The notes below the pieces were generated by a model. It saw only the letters and a program-made list of their open reading frames with translations, was not told the origin of the DNA and made no database searches. This document shows, piece after piece, positions 1 to 12,936 of a DNA stretch of 64,000 nt. The number at the start of each line of letters is the position of its first letter. Positions within the stretch are counted from its first letter, which is position 1. The stretch spans positions 62,001 through 126,000 of the forward strand of contig VJWM01000119.1 in assembly GCA_010909165.1 (NCBI GenBank). The letters are read 5' to 3'. The translations under genes were made by a program, and so were the position numbers. The stretch is from Anthoceros angustus (taxonomy: Eukaryota; Plantae; Anthocerotophyta).

Positions 1-475
1 CTTGCTGGTGAGTACGGTTTTGCCACTGACCACTTTTCCCCGTTGGTATAGATGCCGATTTTGGTATCGGTATCGTATTCGAGTTCGTTGGTGGTAAGGG
101 TTCCTTGCCGTCAGTCAGCTTCACGTCTTTGTCAGGTAGCTTTCTTGGTATCGGAATAATAGATCAGGTACTGCGAATAGGTATGGATGCTGTCGGCATC
201 GTTGATGTGCACATGAAACGCTTCCACCACGCCGGTTTTCTGGTTGATCACGGCGCTGTCGCATAGAATTTGGTATTGTTCTGTTGCAGGAAACATTGCC
301 CCGCATTTCCGTTACCGAATCCTTGCGCTGGTAACGCAACCGATCAGAATGTTTGATGATGACGATATCGGTGGTATCAGCACCCGGGCGAAGGGTAACC
401 TGCTGGGCAAACGGCTGCCGCCAGCAGCAACAGCGCCAGGATACAGCAGGAGAGCAGGCGAGATATGCAGATCAT
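1..475 (-). CDS. OstA/LptA-like protein (Bacteroidota type), runs off window start, frameshifted
   Basis: Joined minus-strand frames give approximately QQNNTKF.CDSAVINQKTGVVEAF.VHINDADSIHTYSQYLIYY...GTLTTNELEYDTDTKIGIYT, which matches the Bacteroidota OstA-like pattern. The ATG overlaps the mlaD stop. Confidence 0.75.
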
Positions 476-1439
476 TTGATGTTGGTCGAATCGAGCAGGG
501 GCGCGGCCAGTGGTTTGGTCTTGTCTTTTTGCCGAACACGGAAATGCTGATGTACCGCTTGGGATGTACCCGCAGGTCATCGAGCAGAATGTTGAGGCTG
601 CGCGAGGTGTTTTCCAGGTTGTTGTACAGTTTTGTCGTTCAGCAGAAGACCGAGACTGCCGTCTTTGCTGTTTACGGCCACAGCGCCATTGAGGGCCACC
701 GTTTATTGAGTTCATTGATGGTTTGCTCCAGCTTCAGGTTGTGGGTTGCCGCTCACGGTATTCAGGTTGCTCAGGGTATGGTCGATATTGTCGGTGTTCT
801 TGGCCAGGGCGCCCGACGGTTGTCGAAATTGCTGAGGTGCGGTTCAGGGCGCTGTTCTGCTGTACGATCAGGTTATTAGCCCGGCAGAAGCGTTCGACAG
901 GTTGGCGATGATCTTCTGGTGTGCTTGGTAGCGGGGTCGAAATAACCGCCGGCCACCTGAACCAGCGAGTCGACCGACCTGCAGGGTGCCGTCGAGCGAA
1001 CGGATGGCCGGGTCGAGCGTAGCCATGACTTTGTCGAGAAGGCCGGGTTTTGTTCAGCGTTACCAGCGTATCGCCATTCTGCATGTGTGCGGGGTCATTG
1101 CCCGGTTCAATCACGATGGCGGCTGACCCCAATAATTCTGTGCTGATATAGGCCACCGAATTTTCGGATATCGATGTCGCAGGCCAGGTTGATGGTCACC
1201 ACGATGCCGTCGTTGATGTTGCGGGGTCCTTTCCTGCATATTGTACACCATACCCACCTACCAGCCCGTTCATGGTAACGGATTGGGTTAGTGAGCCCGG
1301 TAACTTTGGGAAAAACCGCGTAAATCTTATCGTTTCTTTCGAAGAGGTTCTTGCCTTTGAGAAAATTGAAGCCAAAGATCAGCAAGGTGATAGCAACTAC
1401 TGCGAGGAGGCCGATCTTGGTTTCATTAGAAATCTTCAT
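472..1439 (-). CDS. mlaD: MCE/MlaD family protein, frameshifted
   Basis: N-terminus MKISNETKIGLLAVVAITLLIFGFNFLKGKNLF and C-terminus LYNNLENTSRSLNILLDDLRVHPKRYISISVFGKK are typical of Bacteroidota MCE proteins. Confidence 0.85.
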
Positions 1440-1448
1440 ACGCCAAAA

Positions 1449-2413
1449 TTAGGTTTTATTTCCGGGTGTCGCTTTCTGCGTGTGCCGGCTGTTTTCCAGT
1501 TCCGTCTTGTAGCGCCGGAAAGCATTGACCACAGTAGCCACCACTTCTTCCTGGCCCTTGTCGCTGTTGAGGTATTCTTCTTCCTCTTTGTTGGTGATGA
1601 ACCCCGTTTCGACCAGGATGCTGGGCATGCCCGTAGCCTGTAACACCCAAATGCCTTTGTTGTTGCGCTGTTTCACGCCAAAACTTTTGCGGCCCTCTTT
1701 CGTGAACTCTTCTTCTACATAAGAAGCGAGCTGGGCAGAGTTGCGGAAAAGTACTTGGTGTACAGCTGCGCCGGATCTTGGCTTCGGGCGAATTCAGGTC
1801 GAGTACGTTGTTGGCATCCACCACCGTTGAATCTTCCCGGATTCCTCTTCAATGTCGATGTTCTCACTTTTGGCACCACTGCGGTCTGCCGCCCATATAT
1901 AAGTTTCCGTGCCAACCCGGGTATTCTTCACATAATAAGATTCGTAAATGGGTTGCTGGATGGTCTTTTCTTTCTTTTCTTGCCTTTGCCCACGTAAACG
2001 GTTTTGGGTTTGTGGCCCACGACGCGTTTGGCCATCCATCCGCCGGCCTTTTGGCCTGTAGCATTGAGGTGGATACTGATGAAGAGGTCGCCCTTGGCCT
2101 GGTTGGCGATATCGGCCCGGGCACGAAGGCCTTCCGGAACCGTTTTGGCGCCGCCCGGCAACGTCTTCCGTGCGGGTATAAACGAATTTGATTTGGGGAA
2201 ATTCCGCCTCCAGTGCCTTGCCCAGTTTCATGGAAATTTGAAGGGCCACCTGGGCTTCGGTCGAAAAAGACCGTGCGCCGGGATCCGTCCGCCATGCCCA
2301 TGCCTGGATCAATGATGACCGTCCGCACGAAGTTCTGCTGCCTTGTGCTGTGGCCGGAAAATAGAGTGTACAACAGGCTGCAAAAGGGACAGGGATAAAA
2401 TGGCTTTCCTCAT
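1449..2413 (-). CDS. N-acetylmuramoyl-L-alanine amidase (Amidase_3), frameshifted
   Basis: Motifs TVIIDPG, LRARADIANQAKGDLFISIHLNA and WVLQATGMPSILVETGFITNKEEEEYL. Confidence 0.9.
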
Positions 2414-2505
2414 TTTTAGCATAAGATATCCGTTGATCTATGGGATTTCACTTTTCACAGTATTCAATCTGGTCCGAATCACTATTTTTTTTGCCATTCA
2501 ATAGT

Positions 2506-5190
2506 ATGAATACCAGCGACAAATCTACTTTAAAAATACGTTTTATTTGGCCTTTTGCGCTGTCATTCTGCTTCACCGCTCATTTTACATCGGCCCGGCA
2601 CCGGCATTCCCCATTTAGCAGCGCCTTAACAGTGGCTGTTCCACCTGCTAAAGATACGGTTCCACTGTCCAAAGCGGATTCACTGCGCCGCATAACCGAT
2701 AGTTTGCGGGCAGCCGGCGATACCAGCCAGCTGCGGCTCGACAGCCTCACCGCCGTTTCGATACCTTCAACGTCAAGATGAGTAAAGATTCGCTCGATGG
2801 TCCGGTCGACTATACCGCTTCCGATTCCATGGTGCTCGACGTGCCCACCAAAAGATCATCCTTTACAACAAATCGTCCACCAAGTACAAAGACCTCGACC
2901 TCCAGGCCTATAAGATCGAACTCGACCAGCCCTCCCAGATCGTGGTAGCCACCTACACCCTCGATACCCTCGGTGCCCAGGTCGGCAAACCGCATTTCGT
3001 ACAGGGCGAAAGCAATATGGATGCCGACAGCATCATCTACAATTTCAAAACCAGAAGGGCATCACCAAGCAGACCTTTGCCCAGCAGGGCGAAATGTTCG
3101 TGTATGGAGAGAAGATCAAAAAGGTAAACGTTTCCGATTTCTTCACACGGCCGGTTCACCACCTGCAACCTCGATACGCCGCACTTCGCTTTCCGCACCA
3201 ATAAAATGAAACTGGTGAACCAGAAACTCGCCGTGAGCGGTCCCGTTCACCCGAATTTGAAGGCGTACCCATACCGATCTACCTGCCCTTCGGTTTCTTC
3301 CCGCTGTCGCGGGGCCGCCACTCGGGCATTCTGCCGCCGCAGTTCACCGCCAACGAACAGTTTGGTCTTGGTCTCGAAGGGCTGGGTTATTATAAGGTAT
3401 TGAACGAAATGTTCGACGTCATGTTCCGCGGCGATATCTATTCGTACGGGGATGGCGGGGCGTACTGACACCTACCTACCGGAAACGGTACCGCTATTCG
3501 GGCAGGCTGAACCTGTCGTTCCAGCGCACGCGCTTCCTCAGCAGCAATGCCCTCAAAGATTTTGAAACGGCGCAGACCTGGAACATCCAGTGGAGCCACT
3601 CGGCCGACAGCAAAGCGCGGCCCGGTACCACTTTCCAGGCCAGCGTGAACGCGGGTTCCACCCAGTTCAACCGCTACGTGGGCGTGAACCCGACCATCAA
3701 TTTCAACAACCAGCTGTATTCGACCATCGCCTACAGCAAGAACTGGGACAATAAATACATCCTGAACCTGAACGCCGGCCACAACCAGAACTCCAATACC
3801 CGCCTCATGCAGGTGCGGTTACCGACAGGTCGTTCACGGTGACCCTCTATCCCTTCCAGCCAAGAATTTCGTGGGCGAAGCGAAATGGTACGAAAAACTC
3901 GGTATCGGCCTCAATACTGTTTTCCAGAACCAGGTGTCTTTTTACGACAGTGCCTTCTCTTTGCGCAGCTGATCGATACCCTGCAATGGGGTGCGCACAC
4001 CATTCCCATTACGCTGGCCCTGCCGTCGATGGGGCCCATCCAGATCTCTCCGGTGTGAGCTATACCGAAAGATGGTATGGTACCCAGTCGCAGATGACCT
4101 GGAACCAGACCCGCCAGAAAGTGGATACGGCCCTGTCGAAAGGTTTTTATACCGCGCGCGACATCTCGTTCAGCCTGGGTCTCGCCACGGCCGTATTCGG
4201 CACCTTTGACCGCTGGCAAAAACAGTTCGGTGCGGGCCATCCGGCACGTGATCCGGCCAAGCATCAGCGCCAGTTACAAACCGACCTCAACGGGAAAGAC
4301 TGGTATACGGTGCGGGTGGATACCTCCGTGAATGGCCGAACAACAGGTGAGCAAATACAATGGAACATTATATGGTGCGTTTGCGGCGGGTGAGTTCAGC
4401 GGATTGAGTTTACGTTCGACAACAACCTGGAAATGAAAAGTGCGGTCGAAGACCGACACAACCGATGGCGGTATGCGTAAGGTGAAACTGCTCGACGGCT
4501 GGCTTTACCGGCAGCTATAACTTTTGGCCGACTCGAAACTGTCGCCCATCAGTTTGTATCTGCGCAGTACGCTTTTCCAGAAAGTGAACCTGACCGCATC
4601 GGCTACCATGGATCCTATAAAAGACCTGCAGGATACCGCACCAAACAATACGCCTGGCAGGGCGGTGGATTCAACCTCGGTACCGTAACCAGCGAAAACA
4701 TTTCACTGTCTACCTCTTTCCAAAGCAAGAAGGCCGACGAGAAAAGAAGAAGGTGGACGAAGAACTGCAGAACTCGCGGTTGCCGGTAACCCTCGAAGAA
4801 CAACAAGCGCAGATGAACTACATCCGCAGCAACCCGGCCGAGTTGCCGATTTTGATATTCCTGGTCGCGCTGAACGTGTCGTACTCGCTGAGTTTTCGCG
4901 CATGCAGAAAGGATTATACGGTTATTATACCACCATTTCTTCCAACGTGAACCTGAGCGGTGATTTCAACCCGACGCCGAAATGGAAAGTGGGGCAAATA
5001 CCTTTCAATGGCGGCGCCATCAGCCAGCTGACCATGTTCCTGAGCCGGAACTGCACTGCTGGCAGCTCGGCGTCAACATTACACCGTGGGATTGTACCGC
5101 TCCTTCAACATCACGATCAATCCCAGGTGGCATTCTGCGCGACCTGCGCATCAACCGTTCACGGTATTTCACAACCAATCAGGCACCTGA
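2506..5190 (+). CDS. putative LPS-assembly protein LptD-like outer-membrane protein, frameshifted
   Basis: Long beta-rich fragments (GKPHFVQGESNMDADSIIYNFKT, KLVNQKLAVSGP, VNAGSTQFNRY, LHCWQLGVNITP, ILRDLRINRSR). It is divergent from the amidase-mlaD pair, as is usual in Bacteroidota. Confidence 0.8.
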
Positions 5191-5902
5191 GCTGGGCCGC
5201 GTATACATGGCCTGCCAGCAGCGGTTTTTGAGCGTTTCGATGGTATCTCGGCCTGCGGCGCTGGGGAAGGTATTCGATCAGCAACGGATGGGGCATCAGG
5301 TGAAGATTTCATCGGCCGGCAGCACCCGCCAGGTGTGGAAGATGACGCCAGGAATGATGGCTTTGCCCGTATCGATCGACAGCCGGAAAGCACCATCGTG
5401 GAAGGCTTTGATGGGTTCCGGGGTTTTGTTGCGTGTGCCTTCGGGATAGATGCACATATGCATGCCGCTTTCGAGTACATTTTCATCTTCCGGAAACTCT
5501 CCTTGCGGCTCCTTTCGCTTTCCGGTCAACGATCACGCTGCCCATTTTGTAGATGATGCCGAATAGGGCACTTTGGTGAATTCTTGTAGCGATGGTTTTG
5601 TTGGCACCAGGAATGGAGAGAGGAGATGGGAATGTCCATCAGTGAATTGTGGTTGCAGATCACGATGTATTGTTCGCCAGAGCAAAATATTTCTTGCCTG
5701 CACCGTCAGCGGGCAACCGATCAGCGGCAGGTAGATGCCCATCAGACACGCGCATAGGTGATGAAACGCCGGATCGACTTGGGTTCTTTCGCCGTCATGC
5801 AGAACAGGAAAACCGGAATCATGAACAACAGCAAAGTGGCCGCAAAAGCAGCAAGGCATACAGGGCCCACAACCGGGCGAAAACAGCTTTGATCACCGAC
5901 AT
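5169..5902 (-). CDS. 1-acyl-sn-glycerol-3-phosphate acyltransferase (PlsC-like), frameshifted
   Basis: Motif IYPEGTRNKTPEPIKAFHDGAF and a hydrophobic N-terminus MSVIKAVFARLWALYALL. Confidence 0.85.
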
Positions 5903-5925
5903 GATAAGAATTATACTGTGCAAAC

Positions 5926-6572
5926 CTACAAAGACCAGTCGATCGGCGCGATGCCGTTTTGACCAGGTATTCATTGGTTCAGGAAAAATGGCGGCAGCCA
6001 GAAGCCATTGTGCGCACTCAATGGCGATGGATGGGCCGCTTTGAGGATGAGGTGCTTGGTAGCGTCGATCAATGTTTGCTTTTCCTGCGCGAAACGCCCC
6101 CAGAGCAGGAATACCACTGGAACGCTCTTCGCTGATGTGGCGGATAACGGCATTGGTGAAATCCATCCAGCCGATTTTCGCGTGACTGCCGGGCTCGTTG
6201 GCGCGAACCGTCAATACAGCGTTCAGCAACAGCACACCCTGGTCGGCCCATTTTGTGAGGCTGAGGGGCATGTCGATGCCGAGGTCGGCCGAAATTTCCT
6301 GAAAATATTCAGCAAAGAGGGTGGTGCCACGCCGTCAGGAACGGAAAGCTGAGCCATGAGCCTGCCCCAGGTTGTAGGATCCTGCCCCAATATCACCACT
6401 TTCACGGCTGCTAGTGGTGTGTGGGTAAAAGCATTGAAGATTTGCGACCCGGCGGGTAAATGATTTTGCCTGCATTTTTCCATCTTCAAATGCGTGACAA
6501 TCTGCTGGAAATACGATTTGCTGAATTCATCTTTCAGCACTGCTTCCAGCTTTCCTCGATGGCAACCTCCAT
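5926..6572 (-). CDS. ung: uracil-DNA glycosylase family 1, frameshifted
   Basis: Motifs [46 protein letters not shown] and AAHPSPLSA. Confidence 0.95.
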
Positions 6573-6648
6573 GTAATAGTTTTTAAAAATACTTCATTTG
6601 GTCACTATCATGGGAATAACTACTTTGGATTTATCTTAAACCTCCTGT

Positions 6649-7561
6649 ATGAAATTCGTCTTTCTGTTGCTGGGGCTTTCCTTATTATCCACCTATCAAG
6701 CCAGGGCCAGCCAGGAGGAGCGCCCGTGGTGCTGTTTTCGGATATGCAATACCGTGGGGTTTCCCGAAATTTGGTGTAGGCGCACATGCGGGTGCACCTG
6801 GGCAATTTGCTGCAACGTGCCGGTTCCATCCAGGTGCCTCGGGCAAAGTGGTAGTGGCCTATGATGCACGCAACCAGAGCATCACCATCCGCCAGTCGGT
6901 TGCCGATCTGCGCAGCATTGGCTGGAACGACCGCATCACGCGGTTCCAGGTCAACGCCTGGCAGTGGATCCGGTACCGGGCCCCGGTGGCCCGCGCCCGC
7001 CGCAGCCGCCGCCTGGGTGATTATGTATTGCTGGCCGAAGATTGTGGCCGCGTGGCGCACGTCAAAGCTTGGTCCCGGCAGCTACCGCGTATATCAATTG
7101 GGCATCCGGAACAATTCGCTGTCGTCTTTCCAGGTGCCGCAGGGCATGAAGCTGGAAGTGTTCGACAACGAAGACCTCCGCGGCCGCCCGCAGGCATTCA
7201 CTGCAACAGTGTCGTGTTTGCCACCCAATTTCAACGACCGTGTTTCGGCGTATATCAGTTATATCCGCCCGCCGGTGCAGCCGGTTCGTCCGCAGCCACC
7301 CCCCCCAATTATATCGCCACCTTGTATGCCGACCTTCGCGGGGAGGGCCTTTTCTTAATGTGGGTGCAGGTGGGGTAAATACTTTAGGGGCAGGCTTTGA
7401 GCGCAAAGTGACATCGCTTTACGTGATGCCCGGGTATGCCATTACGGTATTCGATCAGCCGGGCATGCGCGGCCAGCGCCACGTTCACCAGTCGTGTCGA
7501 TGACCTTCGTGCCTATGGCTGGGACGATCGCATCGTGTCTGTATATGTTTTCAAACGCTAA
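6649..7561 (+). CDS. secreted beta/gamma-crystallin (Greek-key) repeat protein, frameshifted
   Basis: Signal peptide MKFVFLLLGLSLL. Repeated crystallin-like motifs GWNDRITRFQV, IRNNSLSSFQVPQGMKLEVFDNEDLRG, NFNDRVS, KVTSLYVMPGYAITVFDQPGMRG and GWDDRIVSVYV. Confidence 0.75.
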
Positions 7562-7575
7562 CTAAAACAAATACC

Positions 7576-8139
7576 ATGTTGAAATTTGATGAGCCTGGTC
7601 CAGGAACAGGCGGGGCAATCAGTGATCAACAACCCGAAATTCCCAATGAACAAAACGAGGCCGTGATGCAGGCAACAAGTGCTTCTATTTTAACCATGCA
7701 ACAGATGATGGCCAATGGCCAGGCCAAAGACGTGCTCAGCATGTTCAGCAATCGATGCCGTGAATACCGGTACACCGGCCGCAACAGATTTCGGGCAACC
7801 TGATGGACTCGTTGACGAATAGCTCGGCATCAACAAACAGGCTGCTGGCGGTATCGTAGCCACCCTGTTGCCGATGGTGTTGAAGCAGTTCGCGTCGCGG
7901 CCGCGAGTTCGCAAAGCAATGGGTTCAACTTGCAGGATATTTTCAACCAGCTGAGTGGTGGCAAGTCGTCGGGCATCGACATCGGCGGATTAGGCGTTTT
8001 GGCCCCAGGGTGGGCTGGACCGCGATGGTGATGGGGACGTGGACCTGCAAGACCTGACCGCAGCTTTTCCGGTGCAGGAACCGGTAACGGTGGTGCGGCG
8101 GCGGACTGCTCACACTCGCCGGTATGTTCGGCGAAATAA
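7576..8139 (+). CDS. conserved hypothetical protein (DUF937-like) with C-terminal DxDxDG motif
   Basis: Segments PEIPNEQNEAVMQATSASI, GIVATLLPMVLKQF and GLDRDGDGDVDLQDL. The family assignment is from recall. Confidence 0.55.
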
Positions 8140-8144
8140 TTGCA

Positions 8145-9133
8145 TTAGTGTTTGGGCTGGTGCCGGATCAGGTCGTTCAGGGCTGTTCCAGCACCGGCTC
8201 TTTCATTCATCACGAGGTAACGGTGATCGTTACCCTGCAGGTTCAACTGGTCTTGCCGCCATCGTATGCGTGGCGCGGCCACTGATGGTATCGAAATAAG
8301 GGTCGGTGCACGCAACCAAAACTGCGGTTTCGTCCCAGCTCATGCGACCGGCCTTGTCTTGCGGATCTGCGGTATGCTGTGCGCAAAGACGTCTTTGACC
8401 GGCGAGCGTTGCAGCTGCTTGTCCGTAACTATCGGCAAACCGGTATGCAGTTTCATACCGATCTCAAATCCGCTGAACAGGATGGCCCCAGGCCATTCAT
8501 TGATCACTTTGCTGGCAGCAGGCGCATCCATCACCACATTGAATTCTTTGAAATCGGCGGATCGGCATCAAAGCGGCCAGCCATACTCACCAGCAGTTTC
8601 ACCTTTCGCGACACGAGCTCCAACCCCGTTAACGGCGAGCTGCATCACCAGGAAGACAGCAGCCTCGACAGGTTGCTGAAAAAACCGACGGTAACAATGG
8701 TCACGCTGCTTGTCGGGCTGTTTGGCCAGCAGCTGGCGATACAAAACAGTAGCGTCGGCTGCTTCTGCATTGCGTTTCAGGTGTGCGGGTAACCGGCCAC
8801 GATCAGCGAATCCATTTTTGCCTGGCCTTCTACCGCCGGAGGCGGATAACGCCGATGGGTAAACGCGGCCGGTTGAAATAGGTATTCAGCGCTGGTACCG
8901 GGCCACTGTAACAGGAGGTATTGCAGGAGATGGTGGCAGTATGTCGCATTCGCGGTTATCGGCCAGGGCATGCAAAATGCCATGGCACCTACATCGTCGT
9001 AATCGGGACCGATATCGGTATCGAGAATAATTTTGGCAACCGGGGCTGGGCCGATGAAGAACCCGCCAGGCAGCAAAACAGGATCGTTAACCAACGCCAC
9101 CACATAAAGGAAAGTTACTGTAATTGGGTCATG
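8145..9133 (-). CDS. inosine/uridine-preferring nucleoside hydrolase family, frameshifted; start uncertain
   Basis: DxDxxxDD motif in KIILDTDIGPDYDDVGAMAF, plus VTIVTVGF and ILFSGFEIG. Confidence 0.85.
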
Positions 9134-10768
9134 CGCCAATGCCTTTACGCCCTTACTGCCGGATGCCTGCTGTTGTTGTCGGCCTGCCGGGAAGCCCCAA
9201 AGCCGAAAAAATCATCCGCGGCAAAATATGGACTGCCGACCCTTCAGCGCCATGGGCAGAATGCGTCGCCATCAGCGGCGACAGCATTATGGCCGTAGGC
9301 ACCACGGAGCACCACTCGCATCGTGGATCGGACCATCCACCGAAGTAACCCAACTCGATACGGGCGGCCTGGTGGTGCCGGGTATGATCGATTGCCATAC
9401 CCATTTCGTGGAAGGGGCATGCGATTGTCGTCGCAGCAGCTGCGCGATGCCAAAACGCCGGCGGAATTCATCGCGCGCATCGCCGCCTATGCCAAAACAC
9501 TGAAGCCCGGCGAATGGATCGTCGGCGGCGACTGGGATCACCAGAACTGGGGCGGTGAACTGCCGCAAAGCGCCTGGATCGATTCGGTAACCTCGCAGAA
9601 CCCGGTATGGATACAGCGGCTCGACGGGCTGCATGGCCTGGCCACAGCCTGGCGCTGCAACTGGCGAACATCACCGGCTACCGCCGATGTGGCAGGCGGT
9701 GCGATCATTCGCGTGAATGGCCGACCTACGGGTGTGCTGAAGACAATGCCGCCAAATTGGTGGATGTACATATTCCCGCACCATCTGCAGCACAATTTGA
9801 CCGCGCTTTGACAGTCTGCCATGGAATACGTATCGTCAAACGGACTCACTTCAATTACCAATGTAACAGGTGGCGACTACGGCAATTCTTTCCCGGTTTT
9901 GAAAGGGCACATGCAGCGGGCAAACTGATCACGCGCATTTACGCCGCCGATTCCCTGCGCGGCTGGAAAGAGCCAGCACCGCAGGCAGGGCGACAACTGG
10001 CTCAAATACGGTCTGCTCAAAGGTTTTGTGGATGGAATCGCTGGGCCACACGGCTGCATTCTGGCAACCGTTCAGCGACAACCCGCGCGATTCCGGGTTC
10101 TTCGTAGTGCCGCTCGATTCATTGTACCGCTATGTGAATGGCCGACGGTGCGGGATTGCAGGTGACGGTACATGCCATTGGCGACAAATCGATCACTTCA
10201 CTGCTGGACATATTCGAAAGAGTGGAAAAAGAAAACGGTCCGCGCGACCGGCGCTTCCGCATGGAGCATGCGCAACACATCCGTTCTTCCGATTTGCCGC
10301 GTTTTGCCGCGCTGGGCGTGATTCCCAGCGTGCAGCCCTACCACGCCATCGACGATGGCCGCTGGGCCGAAAAGTGATCGGGCACGACCGCGCGCTCACG
10401 ACTTATGCTTTCAAAAGCCTGCTCGACCACCAAGCAAAGATGGTGTTTGGCAGCGACTGGTTCGTGGCACCGGCATCGCCGCTGCAGGGCATTTATGCGG
10501 CGGTGACGCGAAGAACGATCGACGACAAAATCCCGGCGGCTGGATTCCCGAACAAAGATCACGGTGGAACAGGCCTGAAAGCCTATACCATCGATGCCGC
10601 TTACGCCTCGTTCGACGAACACCGGAAGGGTTCCATCGAAAAGGAAAACTGGCCGATGTGGTGGTACTGGGAAAGAATATTTTTGCGATTGACCCCGTTA
10701 CCATCAAAGACGTTCCTGTGCTGATGACCATGGTGGGTGGGCGGTTCGTTTACACCAAAATAGACTGA
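9131..10768 (+). CDS. amidohydrolase family 3 (YtcJ-like), probable lipoprotein, frameshifted
   Basis: Lipobox LLLSAC. Motifs [37 protein letters not shown] and GKLADVVVL. Confidence 0.9.
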
Positions 10769-10769
10769 C

Positions 10770-11397
10770 ATGTTTGTACCGGCCTATTATAAAGTGAAAG
10801 ACCAGCAGGTGCTGGAAGATTTTGTGAAAGCAAACAGTTTCGCGACCCTGATGACCAACGGTGATCCTACCGAAAGCAACGCATATACCCGTAGAGCTGG
10901 AAGTGAATGCGGCAGGGAGAAAGTGTTGTGGGGCCATATCGCCCGTGGCAACAAACAGTGGAAGGATTTTGAACAACATCCCCTCGTGCGCGTGTGGTGT
11001 ATCTGTCGCCCGTGCACCATTATATTCTTCCGGCTGGTACGACCATCCCAATGCGCCTACCTGGAATTATATTTCGGTGCAGGTAACGGGTCGTATCCGG
11101 CTGGTAGATGAGACCACCGCCTGGGAATCGGTTCGCCGGCTGGTGGACAAATACGAAAAAGGCGCGGTCCATCCGTGTCGCTCGACCGGCTGCCCCGTCG
11201 GTGCAGGCGGAGATGAAAGGATTGGTCGCTTTCGAAATCCAGATCGACCAGTGGGAAGCCGCTTTCAAACTGAGCCAGAACCGCGACGATAAAAATTTCC
11301 AGCTGATCATCGACCAGCTCAAGCCATGGCCGATCCGACGCCCCGGCTGCTCGCCGCACTGATGAAAGAAAGACGCGCCGCCACCCAACCTTCCTGA
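10770..11397 (+). CDS. paiB: FMN-binding negative transcriptional regulator (PaiB family), frameshifted
   Basis: Motifs MFVPAYY, ATHIPV, LWGHIARGNKQW, PTWNYISVQVTG and FKLSQNR. Confidence 0.85.
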
Positions 11398-11400
11398 ACC

Positions 11401-12930
11401 ATGAAACGAATTGTACTTTTCTTGTTGCTGCTGCCTTGTTGTACTGCATTCGCGCAGCATGCATTCGACTTCAAAGCCATTCCCTTTTCTGCACCGGATA
11501 TCGTGTCGCCCATGCGCGGTGCGGGAGGCTGGCACAACATGACCGCCCGGCAGGTATTGAATTACCCACGGCCGAGAGGAATGCGAACCACTCGACGCTT
11601 ATTACCGCAGCGGCCTCAGCTGGAACCTGCTCGAAAAGGCGAGGGCAATACAACTGGAAACCCTTCGACGACTTCATCAATTCCTGCATCGATCGCGGCA
11701 TCGGGCAGAAGATGGCTTTCAACATCATGACCTTGCATCCGGGCGCCACCGACGGTATACAGCAAGACAAAGCCTACATGCATTACCGCTGTATGTGCAC
11801 CAGAAAATGCAGGCCGATGGCCCCGCCCAGGCCGACTGGATCAACAAGTCCGACGACCGGGCCTGGAACTGGGTGCCCAACTGGAATCACCTTTCCTCAG
11901 CCGCGTGGAAGCGTTGCTGCACTGGCCACCCACATCAATACGACCACTTACCGGAACGTGTTGTACCGGCACGTGATCAGTTATATCGACATCGGCATTT
12001 ACGGTTGCTGGGGCGAATGGAACCACAGTGGTATCGTCAAAACAACGACGACTATCCCGCTGGCCGGCAGGCTACGGCCGCATCGCTGATCCGGATCGTG
12101 GATGCTTACAAAAGCTTTTTCCTGATGTTCGCTGGTGGCCATGCGTTCGACGGCAACCAGTTTCCCAATGTGATGGTACCGCACTTGAAGTGGGGTATTA
12201 TGGTGCCACCAGCAACCGCTGGGGCAAAATCGGGTACAAAAGGATGAACTGGGGCGGGGACATGAGCCTTATGTCCGCGCCACCACCATCGCGAACAAAA
12301 CGGTGTACAAGGGATTGCATTTCGATACCGCCATCCAGAACTGGTGGAAATATGCGCCCGTGAATGGCGAGGGACTGAATTACGGAACTGCCGACGGCGG
12401 CGGTTATCCTTTTTACAATATGCAGAAAGAAGTGCGCGAATTTCACGCTTCAGATTGCCAATGGCACTGGGGCGATGGCAAGGGCGGCGATGAAAGCCAG
12501 TTGGCCGACAACCGCGCAAAAGACTTTATGCGTACTGCCGGAAATGGCCGGTTACCGCATAGTACTGAAAGCGGGCAGTATGCCCGAAAAAGTGGCCGTG
12601 AACAAACCCTTCAAGATTTTCCTCAACTGGCAGAATGTGGGCAATGCGCCCAATTACGAGCGATGGCGGGTGGTATATGAACTTCGTGGGCCAGATGGAA
12701 AAAGGTGTGGAAGGCGTTGCCAGCATGAAGATCAAAGGATTTTGCCCGGCCGCACCTGGTTACCAGCGACCAGGTAACGCTGCGCGGCATCAAACCGGAC
12801 AATTACCAGTTGGTGCTGGTGATCCGTGACCTAACGGGTATCGTCAGCCGCTGCCGCTGGCCATCGAGGCCGGCTGCCCGATAGCCGCCGCTATGAACTG
12901 CGTTCACAGCTCACCGTTACTGCTCAATAA
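11401..12930 (+). CDS. secreted DUF4832-like / glycoside-hydrolase-like protein, frameshifted
   Basis: Signal peptide. Segments YNWKPFD, YIDIGIYGCWGEWN, WKYAPVNGE, GYRIVL and WQNVGNAPNY match the DUF4832-type architecture as recalled. Confidence 0.6.
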
Positions 12931-12936
12931 CCTGAT

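Noticed and set aside
244-879. Long plus-strand ORF (211 aa) and similar antisense ORFs in the GC-rich half
   Set aside because: These are shadows of recognisable genes on the opposite strand.
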